DNA of 63,969 nucleotides, the filler included, from Candidatus Rokuibacteriota bacterium (lineage in GTDB: Bacteria > JAUVQV01 > DATDCY01), in NCBI GenBank assembly GCA_031406795.1. It is 6 parts of 6 records of this genome, joined end to end, with 100 filler letters (N's around TTAATTAATTAA, not from the genome) between each part and the next. Parts side by side here need not be neighbours in the genome. Positions count along the whole stretch, not along the records: positions 10,369 to 14,475 come from JANOHV010000017.1; positions 14,576 to 16,735 come from JANOHV010000028.1; positions 16,836 to 45,383 come from JANOHV010000071.1; 3 more parts are not named here. One strand, written 5' to 3'. A program made the position numbers and the translations under genes. Below the pieces are notes generated by a model. It was not told where the DNA came from and did not search any database. It worked only from the letters and a program-made list of their open reading frames with translations. This document shows, in pieces, positions 10,369 to 20,691 of this stretch (its first letter is position 1; each line of letters begins with the position of its first letter).

Positions 10369-12257
10369 CCGCATTCGCCGCAGAGCCCGCCCGGCTGGCA
10401 GCGCGTGGCTTGGGCGCCGGCGTCCTTCGCCCGTAAACGCGCCTCGACCTGGGTGACGCGGGCGCGCGGGCGCGCCGGCGCGATGTGCGGCGACGTGCGG
10501 CGCGCGGCCTTGACGACCCCCGGGCGCAGCGCCGTCGCCCGGTCGTAGTCGGTGCGCGTCCAGTCGGGCAGTGCGACGTTCTCGCCGCTGACGGCTGCGT
10601 GCACGGAGAGCGCCGCGCGCTGTCCCTCGGCCATCGCCCAGATCACGCTGTCGGGCCCGCGGACCGCGTCCCCGGCCGCGAAGACCCGCGCCCGCCCGGT
10701 CGCCTGCCGATCGTCGACGGCGATGCGGCCGCCGGCGTGGACGACTCCCGCGACCCCGGCGACCAGATCCGCATCACCCTGCTGGCCGATCGCAAAGACG
10801 ATCGTGTCGGCCTCCAGGTCGTGCTCCGATCCCGGCAGCGGCTCCGGGCGGCGCCGCCCCGAGGCGTCCGGCTCGCCGAGCGCCATCGTCACGCAGCGCA
10901 ACCCGATCGCCCGGGCTCCGGCTTCAAGCACCGCGACGGGGTTGGTCAGCAGCCGCAGCGCGATGCCCTCGGCGCGCGCGGCCTCGATCTCCTCTTTCTG
11001 CGCCGGCATCTGTTCCTCGCCGCGCCGGTAGACGATCGTCACCTCTTCCGCGCCGAGGCGCACCGCGACGCGCGCCGCGTCGATTGCCGAGTTGCCGCCG
11101 CCGACCACCGCGACGCGCCGGCCCACGGTGGTGCGCGCGCCGGCATTGACCTCGGCGAGAAACGCCAGGGCGCCCTGCGCGCCGGGCAGGTCCTGGCCGG
11201 GGATGTCGGGCGGGCGGTCCTTCGGCGCTCCCGTTGCCAGGAGCACCGCCGCATGGCCATCATCCAGGAGTTGTTCGAGGCTGAGGTCCTTCCCGACACG
11301 CACCCCGGTGCGGATCTCCACGCCCATCGCGGCGAAGAGCCCGATCTCGTAGTCGATCACTGCGCGCGGCAGCCGGTACTCCGGGATGCCGCTGCGCAGC
11401 AGCCCGCCCGCGAGCTGCTGCGCCTCATAGACGGTCACCCGATAGCCGAGGCGACGCAGTTCGTACGCGGCCGTGAGGCCGGCGGGCCCGGAGCCGACGA
11501 CGGCGATCCGCTCGGAACGTTCGACGATCGGCAGCGGCCAGCCGAACGGAGTCTTTTCCGAAAGCTCGAGGTCGGCGGCGTAGCGTTTGAGCCGGCAGAT
11601 CGCGACCGGCTCGTCGACTTCGCCGCGGCGGCACGCCGCCTCGCACGGGTGCGTGCAGACCCGGCCGCAGATGCCCGGCAGCGGGTTGCGCTCGCGCACG
11701 ACGGCGAGCGCCTCGCGGTGGCGTCCCCGCGCGATCAGCGCGACATACGCTTGTGCATTCACGCCGATCGGGCAGGCCGTGCGGCAGGGCGCCCGCCCCG
11801 CTTTCGCGATCCGCGCGACTTGCGGGCCGATGTCTGCGGGCGGCATCGTCACTGCGCGGTGGCTCGGAAGTCCGGCGGCGGCCGGCAGATCGACGGGGCA
11901 GACCGGCACGCACTTGCCGCAGGCGGTGCAGCGCGCCGGGTCGACCGGCTGCGGCTTCACCCGCACCTTCGCCGCCAGGCCGGCGCCCTGCGGCTCGAGC
12001 GATTCGATCAGGGCGCCCTCGATCACTTCGACGCCCGGGTGGTTGCGCAGCGCGATCAGCAGCGGGACTTCGTCATAGAGCGTCGAGCCGAGCGCGCCGC
12101 CCGCCTCCGGGCTCAGCGTCCCCTGCGTGCAGAGCGTGACCGGCAGCCCGGCGTTGGCCAACTCCAGCGCGAGGCGCACGCCGTCGGCGTCGGCGCCCGC
12201 GATCAGCACGCGGTGACCCTGTGGACCTCCGCCCGAGGTGTGCTTGTCAGTGCTCAT
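10369..12257 (-). CDS. FAD/Fe-S oxidoreductase, HdrA-like N-terminus fused to GltD-like domain (HdrL-like); 3' truncated
   Basis: CTACGKCVPVCP ferredoxin, APCRTACP..GICGRVCTHPCEAACRR, GSGPAG, GGGNSAIDAAR. Confidence 0.85.
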
Positions 12258-12267
12258 GACTCAACAG

Positions 12268-12391
12268 GCAGACTGCTCAAAAGGGTCCAGGTGCAAGGCG
12301 CCCGACGGCCGGCGAATGAGGCGGCCTGGTGGCCGCCGCAGTGAGTCGAATGGAGGGCAACGCCGCAGATGGGCCGTTTTCAGCAGCATGC
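12268..12391 (+). repeat. Dispersed ~125-nt long-hairpin element, copy 1
   Basis: GCAGACTGCTCAAAAGGGTCCAGGTGCAAGGCG...CAACGCCGCAGATGGGCCGTTTTCAGCAGCATGC; imperfect terminal inverted repeats. Confidence 0.92.
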
Positions 12392-12979
12392 TTAATCGGG
12401 GTCGGTGCCGCGTTCGCTCAGCAGCAGTTCGCCGTGGACGAAACCGCGCGCGAACGCGCCGAGGTTCAACTCGTCCGTGCCCTTGGGGACCGTGGAGCGG
12501 ATCGCCGACTCCATCGCCGCGCGCCCGACCACGCCGGTGACGGCGACGAGCAGCCCGAGCATCACGATGTTCGCGACCATCTTGCGGCCGGCTTCGACGG
12601 CCAGTTCGGTCGCGGGGATGCCAAAGACCCGCAGCGACGGGTAGTTCCCCGGCAGCCGGACGAGATCCTCCTCGATCAGCAGGGTGCCTCCCGCGCGCAG
12701 CGAGGGGCCGTACTTCGTGAATCCCTCCTGGCTCATGCAGAGGATCGCGTCGGCGGCGTCGATATACGGGTACAGAATCGGCGCATCGGAGATCACGACC
12801 TGGACCAGCGTGGCGCCGCCGCGGGCCTCCGGGCCGTAGGCCTGGATCAGTGTCGCCTCGCGGCCGCCGTAGATCGACGCGGCCTTGCCGAGGATGTGTC
12901 CGGCGAGCACGACGCCCTGGCCGCCGAACCCGGTCAGAATGACGCGGGATGTTTCGCGCACCCCGCCTTGCCCGCTCAC
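12392..12979 (-). CDS. korC: 2-oxoacid:ferredoxin oxidoreductase gamma subunit
   Basis: GFGGQGVVLAG, YGPEARGG, ANIVMLG. Confidence 0.9.
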   Translation of the reverse strand: MSGQGGVRETSRVILTGFGGQGVVLAGHILGKAASIYGGREATLIQAYGPEARGGATLVQVVISDAPILYPYIDAADAILCMSQEGFTKYGPSLRAGGTLLIEEDLVRLPGNYPSLRVFGIPATELAVEAGRKMVANIVMLGLLVAVTGVVGRAAMESAIRSTVPKGTDELNLGAFARGFVHGELLLSERGTDPD

Positions 12980-13818
12980 GCCCGCTCCCCCTGCGGCGCG
13001 ATGCCGAGCCGAGCGGCGAGCGTCGGGCGCGGGCGGTCGATGAAGCGGCCGACGATCAGCTGGTTGTCGAGATCGATGTCGACATCCTGCGTGTTCGCGC
13101 CGTGGCGGATCACGCTCTTCTCGTAAAAAAGCTTCATCATGTCGAGCCCCTCGCCCATCTTGTTGCGCCGGCCGTAGGCGGTGGGGCAGGGGGCGATGAC
13201 TTCGATGAACCGGAAGCCGGGCTTGCCGAGCGCCTCGAGGATCGTCGCCTGCAGCGGTCGCGCGTGCAGCGTCGTCCAGCGCGCGACGAAGACCGCACCG
13301 GCGGCGGCCGCGAGGTTCGGCAGATTGAACGGCGTCTCCAGGTTCCCCGCGGGCGTCGTCGTGCTCTTGTGGCCGGTGGGCGTCGTCGGCCCGGCCTGCC
13401 CGCCGGTCATGCCGTAGGTGAAATTGTTGACGCAGACGACGAGCAGATCGACGTTGCGGCGCGCGGCGTGGATGAAGTGATTGCCGCCGATCGCGAAGAG
13501 GTCACCGTCGCCGGAGACGACCACGACCTTCAGCCGCGGGTTGGCCAGGTGCAGCCCGGTCGCGTAGGGCAGCGAGCGGCCGTGCGTCGTGTGGAACGAG
13601 TCGAGCCGGACGTACCCCGGCACGCGCGCGGTGCAGCCGATGCCGGAGACGAACGCCAGGTCGTTTTCGGGGAGCGCCGACTCGACGATGGCGTCGAGCA
13701 TCGCCTTGAGCACGGTGCCGATCCCGCAGCCCGGGCACCAGATGTGCGGCATGCGGTCGGCCCGCAGCAGATGGTCGACCGGATTGGGGGGCGCGGCCGC
13801 TTTGCCGGGCGTCGTCAC
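12976..13818 (-). CDS. korB: 2-oxoacid:ferredoxin oxidoreductase beta subunit
   Basis: WCPGCGIG, SGIGC, GDGD TPP-binding motif, YGMTGGQ. Confidence 0.93.
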   Translation of the reverse strand: MTTPGKAAAPPNPVDHLLRADRMPHIWCPGCGIGTVLKAMLDAIVESALPENDLAFVSGIGCTARVPGYVRLDSFHTTHGRSLPYATGLHLANPRLKVVVVSGDGDLFAIGGNHFIHAARRNVDLLVVCVNNFTYGMTGGQAGPTTPTGHKSTTTPAGNLETPFNLPNLAAAAGAVFVARWTTLHARPLQATILEALGKPGFRFIEVIAPCPTAYGRRNKMGEGLDMMKLFYEKSVIRHGANTQDVDIDLDNQLIVGRFIDRPRPTLAARLGIAPQGERA

Positions 13819-14475
13819 GGCTTGCTCCTGCCGGAGGGGTCGCGAACGGCGGCCAGTTCGCTCTTGACGACGTCCAGGATCATCGCCGGCGTGTGGATTC
13901 TGCCGCCGGCGTATGGAATGAGGACGGTTTTCGCCCGCCCGGCCGCGCAGCGCTCGACCTCGAGGGACATCTGGCCGTAGTTGATCTCGGGGACGACCAG
14001 CAGCGGGACGCGTGCGGCCAGCTCGCGCACCACCTTCTCCGGGAAGGGCCAGGCGGTGATCAGCTTGAGCAGGCCGACGCGGATCCCCTCGCGGCGCGCC
14101 AGCGCCATCGCCTCGAGCGCGGGCCGCACGGTGATGCCGTACGTGACGATCACCGCCTCGGCATCCTGCGTGTCGCGCTCCTCGACCATGACGATCTCGT
14201 CGACGTTGTGCCGGATCTTGTTGACGAGACGCTCGACCATCTCGCGCTGGATCTCCGGCGTGAGCACCGGGTAGCCGCGCCGGTCGTGCGTGAGTCCGGT
14301 GACGTGCACGCGATAGCCGGTGCCGGCCGTCGGCATCTCCGGGATTCCGTCGGCGCCGGGCTGATAGAGCAGGAACTCCCCCGGCGGCTTCGTCGGCGCG
14401 CGCCGCGGCGTGACGGCGATCTGCTCGACGGCCGGGATGACGACCTTCTCGGACATGTGGCCGATCACCTCGTCG
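13815..14475 (-). CDS. korA: 2-oxoacid:ferredoxin oxidoreductase alpha subunit, 5' truncated
   Basis: HVTGLTHDRRGYP, WPFP, VPEINYGQ. Confidence 0.9.
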
Positions 14476-14575
14476 NNNNNNNNNNNNNNNNNNNNNNNNN
14501 NNNNNNNNNNNNNNNNNNNTTAATTAATTAANNNNNNNNNNNNNNNNNNNNNNNNNNNNNNNNNNNNNNNNNNNN
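14476..14575. other. Artificial contig linker
   Basis: N run containing TTAATTAATTAA. Confidence 0.99.
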
Positions 14576-15181
14576 AGTCACCGCGCCGGCGACCTGCCAG
14601 AAAATGTTCTTGGCCAGCGCGCCGCCGGCCAGCGTCACCCGCGTAGCGTTGGCCTGGTTCAGCGTTCCCGCCACCTGGAAGATCCAGACATCATCCGGGC
14701 CGCCCGAAAGCGTGACATCCGTGGAAATCAACAGAGCCGTAGTCCATTTGTACAGGCCGGGGGCGAGAGTCAGCCCGCCAATCTCACCGGCGCCCAGTTC
14801 CGTGAAATCGGGTGATACCCGTCCCGCGGCGTCGTCGTACGCGAATCCCATGTCACCCACAGCCGAGGTCAGGAAGGAGGCGGCAGTCACCGCGCAGGGG
14901 AGAGGCCCAGCCGCATCGACGGTGTAGATATTCCCCGACACTTCCCCGCACGTCAGAAGGAGAGCCGCACCGGTGATGGGGCTCGTTCCAACATCCCCGA
15001 CAATGGCGGATCGATACACGTCGGTGATTCCGCTACTGCTCAGAATCGCGAAAGTGTCGGCCGTGCCAAGGCTGACCGGCATCGGACCGATCCCGGCCTG
15101 AGCGCTTGCGCCCCCGGTCATGACAACGCCGAGCAGTGCTGCCAGAAACAACTTTTTTGAACTTCCTTTGCATGTGTTCAT
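14576..15181 (-). CDS. Secreted DUF3494 ice-binding-like protein, 3' truncated
   Basis: Signal peptide; LGTADTFAILSSSGIT, AYDDAAGR, GEIGGLTLAPGLYKW, DVWIFQVAG, GGALAKNIFWQV. Confidence 0.92.
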
Positions 15182-15265
15182 TCCGTGCCCCCTCCCTGAG
15201 GACTGTCAAATCTGAAGAGCAATTAGTGGCAAACCCGATTGCCTGCCACTGTCGGGGAAGGTATT

Positions 15266-15281
15266 AGCAACTACCGTGCCA
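15266..15281 (-). promoter_or_regulatory. Sigma54 -24/-12 promoter for the DUF3494 gene
   Basis: Minus strand reads TGGCACGGTAGTTGCT, matching TGGCAC-N5-TTGC, about 85 nt upstream of the ATG. Confidence 0.85.
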
Positions 15282-15362
15282 CAGAAGATCTTCGGTGGCT
15301 ACGATAGTATGTCTATGATTATGCAGGATAAAATGGCGATCGTGAAAATCGGGCGGAGAGTA

Positions 15363-15402
15363 AACCGTCAATAACAGGCGTCGTATTTAACAGAACCGTC
15401 AA
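15363..15402. promoter_or_regulatory. Candidate upstream activator sites
   Basis: AACCGTCAA occurs twice, 31 bp apart, 80-120 bp upstream of the sigma54 promoter. Confidence 0.4.
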
Positions 15403-15436
15403 ATATGAAGACCCCGCAGTGAGAACTCGTGAACAG

Positions 15437-15560
15437 GCAGGCTGATCAAAAAGGTCCAGGTGCAAGGCGCGCGAAAACCCGGCGAATGAGGCGTACTGGT
15501 GTACGCCGCAGTGAGTCGGGGTGAGCGCAACGCCGCAGATGGGCCTTTTTCAGCGGCCTG
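15437..15560 (+). repeat. Long-hairpin element, copy 2
   Basis: GCAGGCTGATCAAAAAGGTCCAGGTGCAAGGCG...GAGGCGTACTGGTGTACGCCGCA...CAACGCCGCAGATGGGCCTTTTTCAGCGGCCTG. Confidence 0.92.
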
Positions 15561-16735
15561 TTAGCGGCGGATGCCGTATTTCCGCATTCGTCCGCGAAGA
15601 GTGCTGGGATTGAGACCAAGGATCATCGCTGCTCCAGTTTCCCCCTCGATTCGCCAGCCGGTCTTCCGGAGCACCTGGAGGATGTAGTCGTGTTCCCGCT
15701 CGCCAAGGGCCTTGCCGTCTTCCTGCGTTTCCTGTTCCCCTGCCTTTCGGGGATTCTCGAACCGGTCCAAGACCTCCAGCGCCGTCCCCTGGCTCGTGAT
15801 CACCGCGCGCTCGATGATACTCTCCAGCTCGCGCACGTTGCCGGGCCAATGGTAGTGCTGGAGAATGTTCAGCGTCTCTTTCGACACGGTCTCGATCTTC
15901 TTCCCGGTTTTCTTGTTGAATTTGGCCACAAAGTAATCGACAAGAAGCGGGATGTCCTCCTTGCGCTGCCGGAGCGGCGGGATCGTAATGGGGAAAACAT
16001 TCAGCCGGTAAAAAAGGTCTTCCCGGAACCTGCCCCTCCGGATCTCTTCCTCCAGATTCCGGTTGGTGGCTGCGATGATCCGCACATCGACCTTGATGGT
16101 TTTGGGGCCGCCCAGCCGCTCGAACTCGCCGTCCTGGATGACCCTGAGCAGCTTGGACTGAAGGTCCAGCGGCAGATCGCCGATTTCGTCGAGAAACAGG
16201 GTGCTGCTGTCGGCAAGTTCGAAGCGCCCCAGCTGCCGTTCATGAGAGCCGGTGAACGCGCCCTTTTCCCGCCCGAAGAGCTCGCTTTCGATGAGATTCG
16301 CCGGGAGTGCCGAGCAGTTGACGGTGATCAGTGGCCGGTCCTTGCGGCTGCTCCTGCTGTGAATGGAGCGCGCCACTACCCCCTTCCCCGTGCCGGTCTC
16401 GCCATGGAGCAGAACGGTCGCGTCCTGGGGCGCCACCTGTTCGACCTTGAAGAACACCGACTCGAGTGCCTTGCTTCGCCCGATGATCTCGCCGAAGTTG
16501 AACTCCCGGTCGATATCTTCGTGCAGGTAGATGTTCTCAGCCTGGAACCGGTCCTTCAACTCCTTGTTTTCCGCATACGCGATCCGGAGTGATTCTTCGG
16601 CCTCTTTGCGATCCTCTATTTCCTGCAAGAGCTGCTCGTTCGCCCTGAGGAGTTCGCCCGTCCGTTCCTGCACCGTCTGTTCCAGCACCTTGTTGTAGTT
16701 CGCGATTTTCTTGTACAACAGCCGCACTTCCAGCA
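15561..16735 (-). CDS. Sigma54-dependent Fis-family activator (bEBP), 5' truncated
   Basis: GETGTGK, ESELFG, GAFTGS, LFLDEIG, FREDLFYRLNVFPI, WPGNVRELE, C-terminal HTH. Confidence 0.95.
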
Positions 16736-16835
16736 NNNNNNNNNNNNNNNNNNNNNNNNNNNNNNNNNNNNNNNNNNNNTTAATTAATTAANNNNNNNNN
16801 NNNNNNNNNNNNNNNNNNNNNNNNNNNNNNNNNNN
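16736..16835. other. Artificial contig linker
   Basis: N run containing TTAATTAATTAA. Confidence 0.99.
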
Positions 16836-17089
16836 AGCGCGACCAGGGTGGCGCCGGCGAAGAAGGTGCGACGCAGGAGCGAGGGCGCCCCGGCGAGCAA
16901 ACCGAAAACGCCGCCGGTATTGCGGCTGAAGGTCAGGTCGAAGAAGCCCGGGATGATGGTCAGCGGCGGCCTCCCCGGCAGGTTCTGGAGCACCCAGGCT
17001 TTCGTCGCCTGATCCAGGGCGAGCACCACGACGCAGATGGCCAGGGCCATCCCCCAGGCCACCCCCTGACGACGTTCCGTCTGTTCCAT
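16836..17089 (-). CDS. lspA: Lipoprotein signal peptidase II, 3' truncated
   Basis: LDQATK, IIPGFFDLTFSRNTGGVFG. Confidence 0.92.
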
Positions 17090-17107
17090 AGCGCAGTTTC
17101 GCCCGGC

Positions 17108-17968
17108 TCAGTCGAGGTGGCGGCCGAGCAGCAGGCCAAGGCGCCGGCGCGCCTCGAAGGGGATCAGCGACTTGTCGGTGATGATCGCGTGCGCGATGGC
17201 GCTGCCGCAGCCGCAGTCGCCCCCGTCGGGAATCATCGCCACCGCGCGGCGGATGATCTCCTGGGCCAGGCCGACATTCTGGTCGATGATCCTGAGGATC
17301 TGCTCGATCGAAACCTCCGCGGTCTCATGCCAGCAGTCGTAGTCGGTTGCCAGGGCGACGGTCGCGTAGCACATCTGGGCCTCGCGCGCGAGGCGGGCCT
17401 CGGGGAGGTTGGTCATGCCGATGACGTCGACGCCCCAGGAGCGGTAGAGGTTGGACTCGGCCAGCGTCGAGAACTGCGGCCCCTCGATGCAGAGGTAGGT
17501 GCCGCCGACGTGCAGCACGGCGCCGGCTTTCTTTCCGGCGCGGTGCAGCACCTCGGCGAGGTCGGCGCAGACCGGCTTGTTGAAGGGCAGGTGGCCGGCG
17601 ACGCCGCCGCCGAAGAAGGTGCGCGGGCGCCCCTGGGTCAGGTCGATGAACTGGTCGGGCAGGCAGATGTGGCCCGGGGCGATCGCCTCGCGCATGCTCC
17701 CCACCGCGGAGACCGAGATCAGGTGACGGACCCCGAGTTGGCGCAGCGCGTGGATGTTGGCGCGATAGGGGATCTCCGAGGGCAGCAGCCGGTGGCCGCG
17801 GCCGTGACGCGGCAGGAACGCGACCCGCCTGCCCGCGAGAGTGCCCACGACGATTTCATCGGAGGGCAGGCCGAACGGGGTGCTGACCTGGACGCTCGTC
17901 TGGTCGGTGAAAGCCTTCATCTGGTACAGGCCGCTGCCGCCGACGACGCCGATGCTCGCGGTCTCCAT
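17108..17968 (-). CDS. mtnP: S-methyl-5'-thioadenosine phosphorylase
   Basis: GVVGGSGLY, FLPRHGRGH, EGPQFST, GMTNLPEA, TDYDCW. Confidence 0.95.
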   Translation of the reverse strand: METASIGVVGGSGLYQMKAFTDQTSVQVSTPFGLPSDEIVVGTLAGRRVAFLPRHGRGHRLLPSEIPYRANIHALRQLGVRHLISVSAVGSMREAIAPGHICLPDQFIDLTQGRPRTFFGGGVAGHLPFNKPVCADLAEVLHRAGKKAGAVLHVGGTYLCIEGPQFSTLAESNLYRSWGVDVIGMTNLPEARLAREAQMCYATVALATDYDCWHETAEVSIEQILRIIDQNVGLAQEIIRRAVAMIPDGGDCGCGSAIAHAIITDKSLIPFEARRRLGLLLGRHLD

Positions 17969-18131
17969 CAATCGCACGCTCCCCGGTTAAGTCCCAAAAC
18001 CAGTCCATTCTACCACCCGCGAGGGCCGTTGGAAATGGGACATCCGCGCCTGCCGGCCGCCGCCGTTTTGTGGAGGCCTCGAATGTGGTACCGTATCGAA
18101 CAGAGTCAACCATTCACCAAAGGAGCGGCCC

Positions 18132-18293
18132 ATGAAGAGGTTCGGAACGAGTCTGGTTGCTGCGGCAGCGATCTGCGTGATGGTCGTCGGGTTGTCCGGC
18201 TGCAAGAAGGAAGGTCCCGTCGAGCGAGCCGGCAAGACAGTCGACAAGGCCGGTGAGAACATCAAGGACGCGGTGCAGGACCTCAAGAAGTAG
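18132..18293 (+). CDS. Small lipoprotein (53 aa), absent from the ORF track
   Basis: RBS AAAGGAG; MKRFGTSLVAAAAICVMVVGLSG-CKKEGPVERAGKTVDKAGENIKDAVQDLKK with lipobox LSGC. Confidence 0.85.
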   Translation: MKRFGTSLVAAAAICVMVVGLSGCKKEGPVERAGKTVDKAGENIKDAVQDLKK

Positions 18294-18344
18294 GGCGACG
18301 CCGTCCTTGACCGCGTGCCGCGGGACGCCGTATCATTCCACCCC

Positions 18345-20291
18345 GTGAATGCGCAGGCGGGACAGACCCGGCCGGCGGGCGCCGGGCCCGCCGTGGCCGG
18401 GGGTACGGCCGGGGTCGTGGTCCCGCCGGGATTCGCGGAGTGCCACTACTGCACGGTCGTCAACAAGCGGCGATCCTTTCGTTGCCGCCGCTGCGTCGGG
18501 CAGCTCGATCTGCGCGAGCGATTCATTCGCGCAGCGGAGGATCGACCCCGCCGCCGTTTCGGCTCGCTGCTTTCCCTGCTGCTCCCGGGTTTCGGACACG
18601 CCTGGTCCGCGCATCCCGCAGGCGGGCTGTTCTTCCTCGTGATCCTCGCGGTCGGCAGCGCCTATTACACGCTGCTCCAAGTCGAGCCCAACCTCGGACG
18701 CTGGATGACCCTGGGCGCGCTGGCGATCATCTGGGTCATCGCCGCGCTCGATGCCGCCCGCGGGCAGGCCGAGGTGCAGCCGCCCTGTCAGGAGGCGTGT
18801 CCGGCCCACCTGGCCTGCATGCATTACGTGACCCACATCCGCGAAAGCCGTTTTCTCGCCTCGCTCGAGCAGATCATGCACCTGTGCCCGCTGCCGGCGA
18901 GCATCGGGCGCGTCTGCCACCACCCCTGCGAGAAGGACTGCCGGCGCGGGCGCGAGGGCGATGCGATCGGGATCTGCGCCCTCAAGCGCTTCGTCGCCGA
19001 CGGCCACTACGGCGAGGTCCGGGACTTTTATCGCGCGGCGGCGCCAGTGCAGCCGGTGTTTCCCGAGAAGATCGCCGTCGTCGGCGGCGGCCCCTCGGGG
19101 CTGTCGGCGGCGCTGGTGCTGCGGATCATGGGCTTTCCGGTGACGCTGTTCGAGGCCGAGGCCGAGGCGGGAGGGATGCCCGGTGCCGCGATCCCGGACT
19201 ATCGACTGCCGCGGGAGATCTACCGGCGGGAGGTCGCGGCGATGCTCGATGCGGGAATCGAGACGCGCTTCGGCAAGCGACTCGGCCGGGATTTTCAGCT
19301 GGCGGATCTCGCCGTCGAGGGCTTTGCCGGCGCCTACCTCGCCCTCGGCTGCCAGCGCACCGTGCGGCTGCCGCACTGCGGACCGCCCGAGCAGGGATTT
19401 CTCGACGGACTGGAACTGCTCAAGCAGGCCAAGCAGGACGCCGCGCAGCCGCTCACCGGCCCGGCCCTGGTCATCGGCGGGGGCAACGTCGCGATGGACG
19501 TCGCGAAGACGGCGCTGCGCCTGGGCGCCTCCGAAGTGCGCGTGATCTTCCTCGAGTCGCGCGAGACCATGCCCGCCCACACCTGGGAGTGCGACGAGGC
19601 GCTCGCCGAAGGGGTGATGCTCGTGCCGGCGAGCGCCACCATCTCCTTCGAGGTCGATAACGGGCGCGTGGTGTCCGCGCTGTGCAAGCGCGTGCAACGC
19701 ATCGAATTGGACGAGAAGAAGCGCATCCGTCCCGTCCTCTGGGAGGGGACGGAATTCACGCTCCCGGCGGCAACGGTCTTCACAGCGGTCGGTTCCTCTC
19801 CGGACTACGGCGTCTTTCCCGTCCCGCCGTCGCGCACCCCGCTGCGGAAGGGGGCCTTCGTGGGGCGCCTCCCGCCGGCCGCGGGGCTCGCCATCCCGGT
19901 GCTCTACGGCGGGGACTACCTGTCGGGTCCGGCCTCGGTGATCCAGGCGATTGCCGCCGGCTACCAGGCGGCCGAGGAGCTCTACCGCGCGCTGGGCAAA
20001 GTGCGCTACACGCGCCTGCCGCACTGGAACCGGATGCGTCGCGTCCGGTTCACCAATTACGCCGACACGCCCGAGCTGCGGCGACGCAACCAGATGGCGA
20101 TGGAGGAGCCGGCGGAGCGCTGCACCAGCTTCTGCGAGATCTGCCACGTCTACCCGGAGCGCGACGCGGTTGCCGAGGCCGCGCGCTGCATGCGGTGCCG
20201 CTGGACGATCGCCAAGGCGCCGCCGCCGCCGCGCACGCCGCAGATACGCGCGCCGCGCGGACCCGCCGCATCCCCGCCTCGCGGTGCGTGA
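18345..20291 (+). CDS. GltD-like FAD/NAD(P)/Fe-S oxidoreductase with N-terminal Zn ribbon and membrane domain
   Basis: CHYC..N..CRRC; SLLLPGFGHAW plus hydrophobic helices; PCQEACP, GRVCHHPCEKDCRR, GGGPSG, GGGNVAMD, RCMRC. Start GTG 18345 chosen because of TTGACC-N18-TATCAT just upstream (ORF track start 18315). Confidence 0.85.
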   Translation: MNAQAGQTRPAGAGPAVAGGTAGVVVPPGFAECHYCTVVNKRRSFRCRRCVGQLDLRERFIRAAEDRPRRRFGSLLSLLLPGFGHAWSAHPAGGLFFLVILAVGSAYYTLLQVEPNLGRWMTLGALAIIWVIAALDAARGQAEVQPPCQEACPAHLACMHYVTHIRESRFLASLEQIMHLCPLPASIGRVCHHPCEKDCRRGREGDAIGICALKRFVADGHYGEVRDFYRAAAPVQPVFPEKIAVVGGGPSGLSAALVLRIMGFPVTLFEAEAEAGGMPGAAIPDYRLPREIYRREVAAMLDAGIETRFGKRLGRDFQLADLAVEGFAGAYLALGCQRTVRLPHCGPPEQGFLDGLELLKQAKQDAAQPLTGPALVIGGGNVAMDVAKTALRLGASEVRVIFLESRETMPAHTWECDEALAEGVMLVPASATISFEVDNGRVVSALCKRVQRIELDEKKRIRPVLWEGTEFTLPAATVFTAVGSSPDYGVFPVPPSRTPLRKGAFVGRLPPAAGLAIPVLYGGDYLSGPASVIQAIAAGYQAAEELYRALGKVRYTRLPHWNRMRRVRFTNYADTPELRRRNQMAMEEPAERCTSFCEICHVYPERDAVAEAARCMRCRWTIAKAPPPPRTPQIRAPRGPAASPPRGA

Positions 20292-20340
20292 GCACGGCCG
20301 CGGATTGCGGCGGAAGTTTGAAATCTGGTAGCATCAAGCC

Positions 20341-20691
20341 ATGTCCACGGGTCAAAGACAACCGCGCGCGTCGCTTCGCGCCCCGCGTTGGCGCCAGCAC
20401 CATGGTCTGCTGGTGCTCTGTGTGATGGGCGGCTGCGCTTTCGTGCTGCTGCTGCTGTCGGTGTTCGGTGACCAGGGAGTCTTCAAGATCCGCGCGCTCG
20501 ATCGCGATCACGTCGTCCTGGAGCAGAAGGTCCGCGAGATCGAAAGCGATAATGCGACGCTGCGCCGGCAACTGCGCGACATGAAGGAGGGGCGCGCCTC
20601 GTACGAACTCGCCGCGCGCGAGAAGCTCGGGCTCGTGAAGCCCGGCGAAATCGTCTACGACTTCAGGACGGACCCCCTCAAGTCCCGTTAG
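20341..20691 (+). CDS. ftsB: Septum formation initiator FtsB/DivIC
   Basis: TM, FGDQG, coiled coil, AREKLGLVKPGEIVY. Confidence 0.88.
   Translation: MSTGQRQPRASLRAPRWRQHHGLLVLCVMGGCAFVLLLLSVFGDQGVFKIRALDRDHVVLEQKVREIESDNATLRRQLRDMKEGRASYELAAREKLGLVKPGEIVYDFRTDPLKSR

Noticed and set aside
10369..10470. Odd Cys motif RCQPGGLCGEC at the end of the HdrL-like gene
   Set aside because: It lies at a contig end and is probably low-quality sequence of a normal RCxxCxxCxxC motif.
15200..15260. Possible c-di-GMP riboswitch in the DUF3494 leader (GGCAAACC inside an AGTGGCA/TGCCACT hairpin)
   Set aside because: The motif is on the non-coding strand and the second stem is missing; it is only a simple hairpin.
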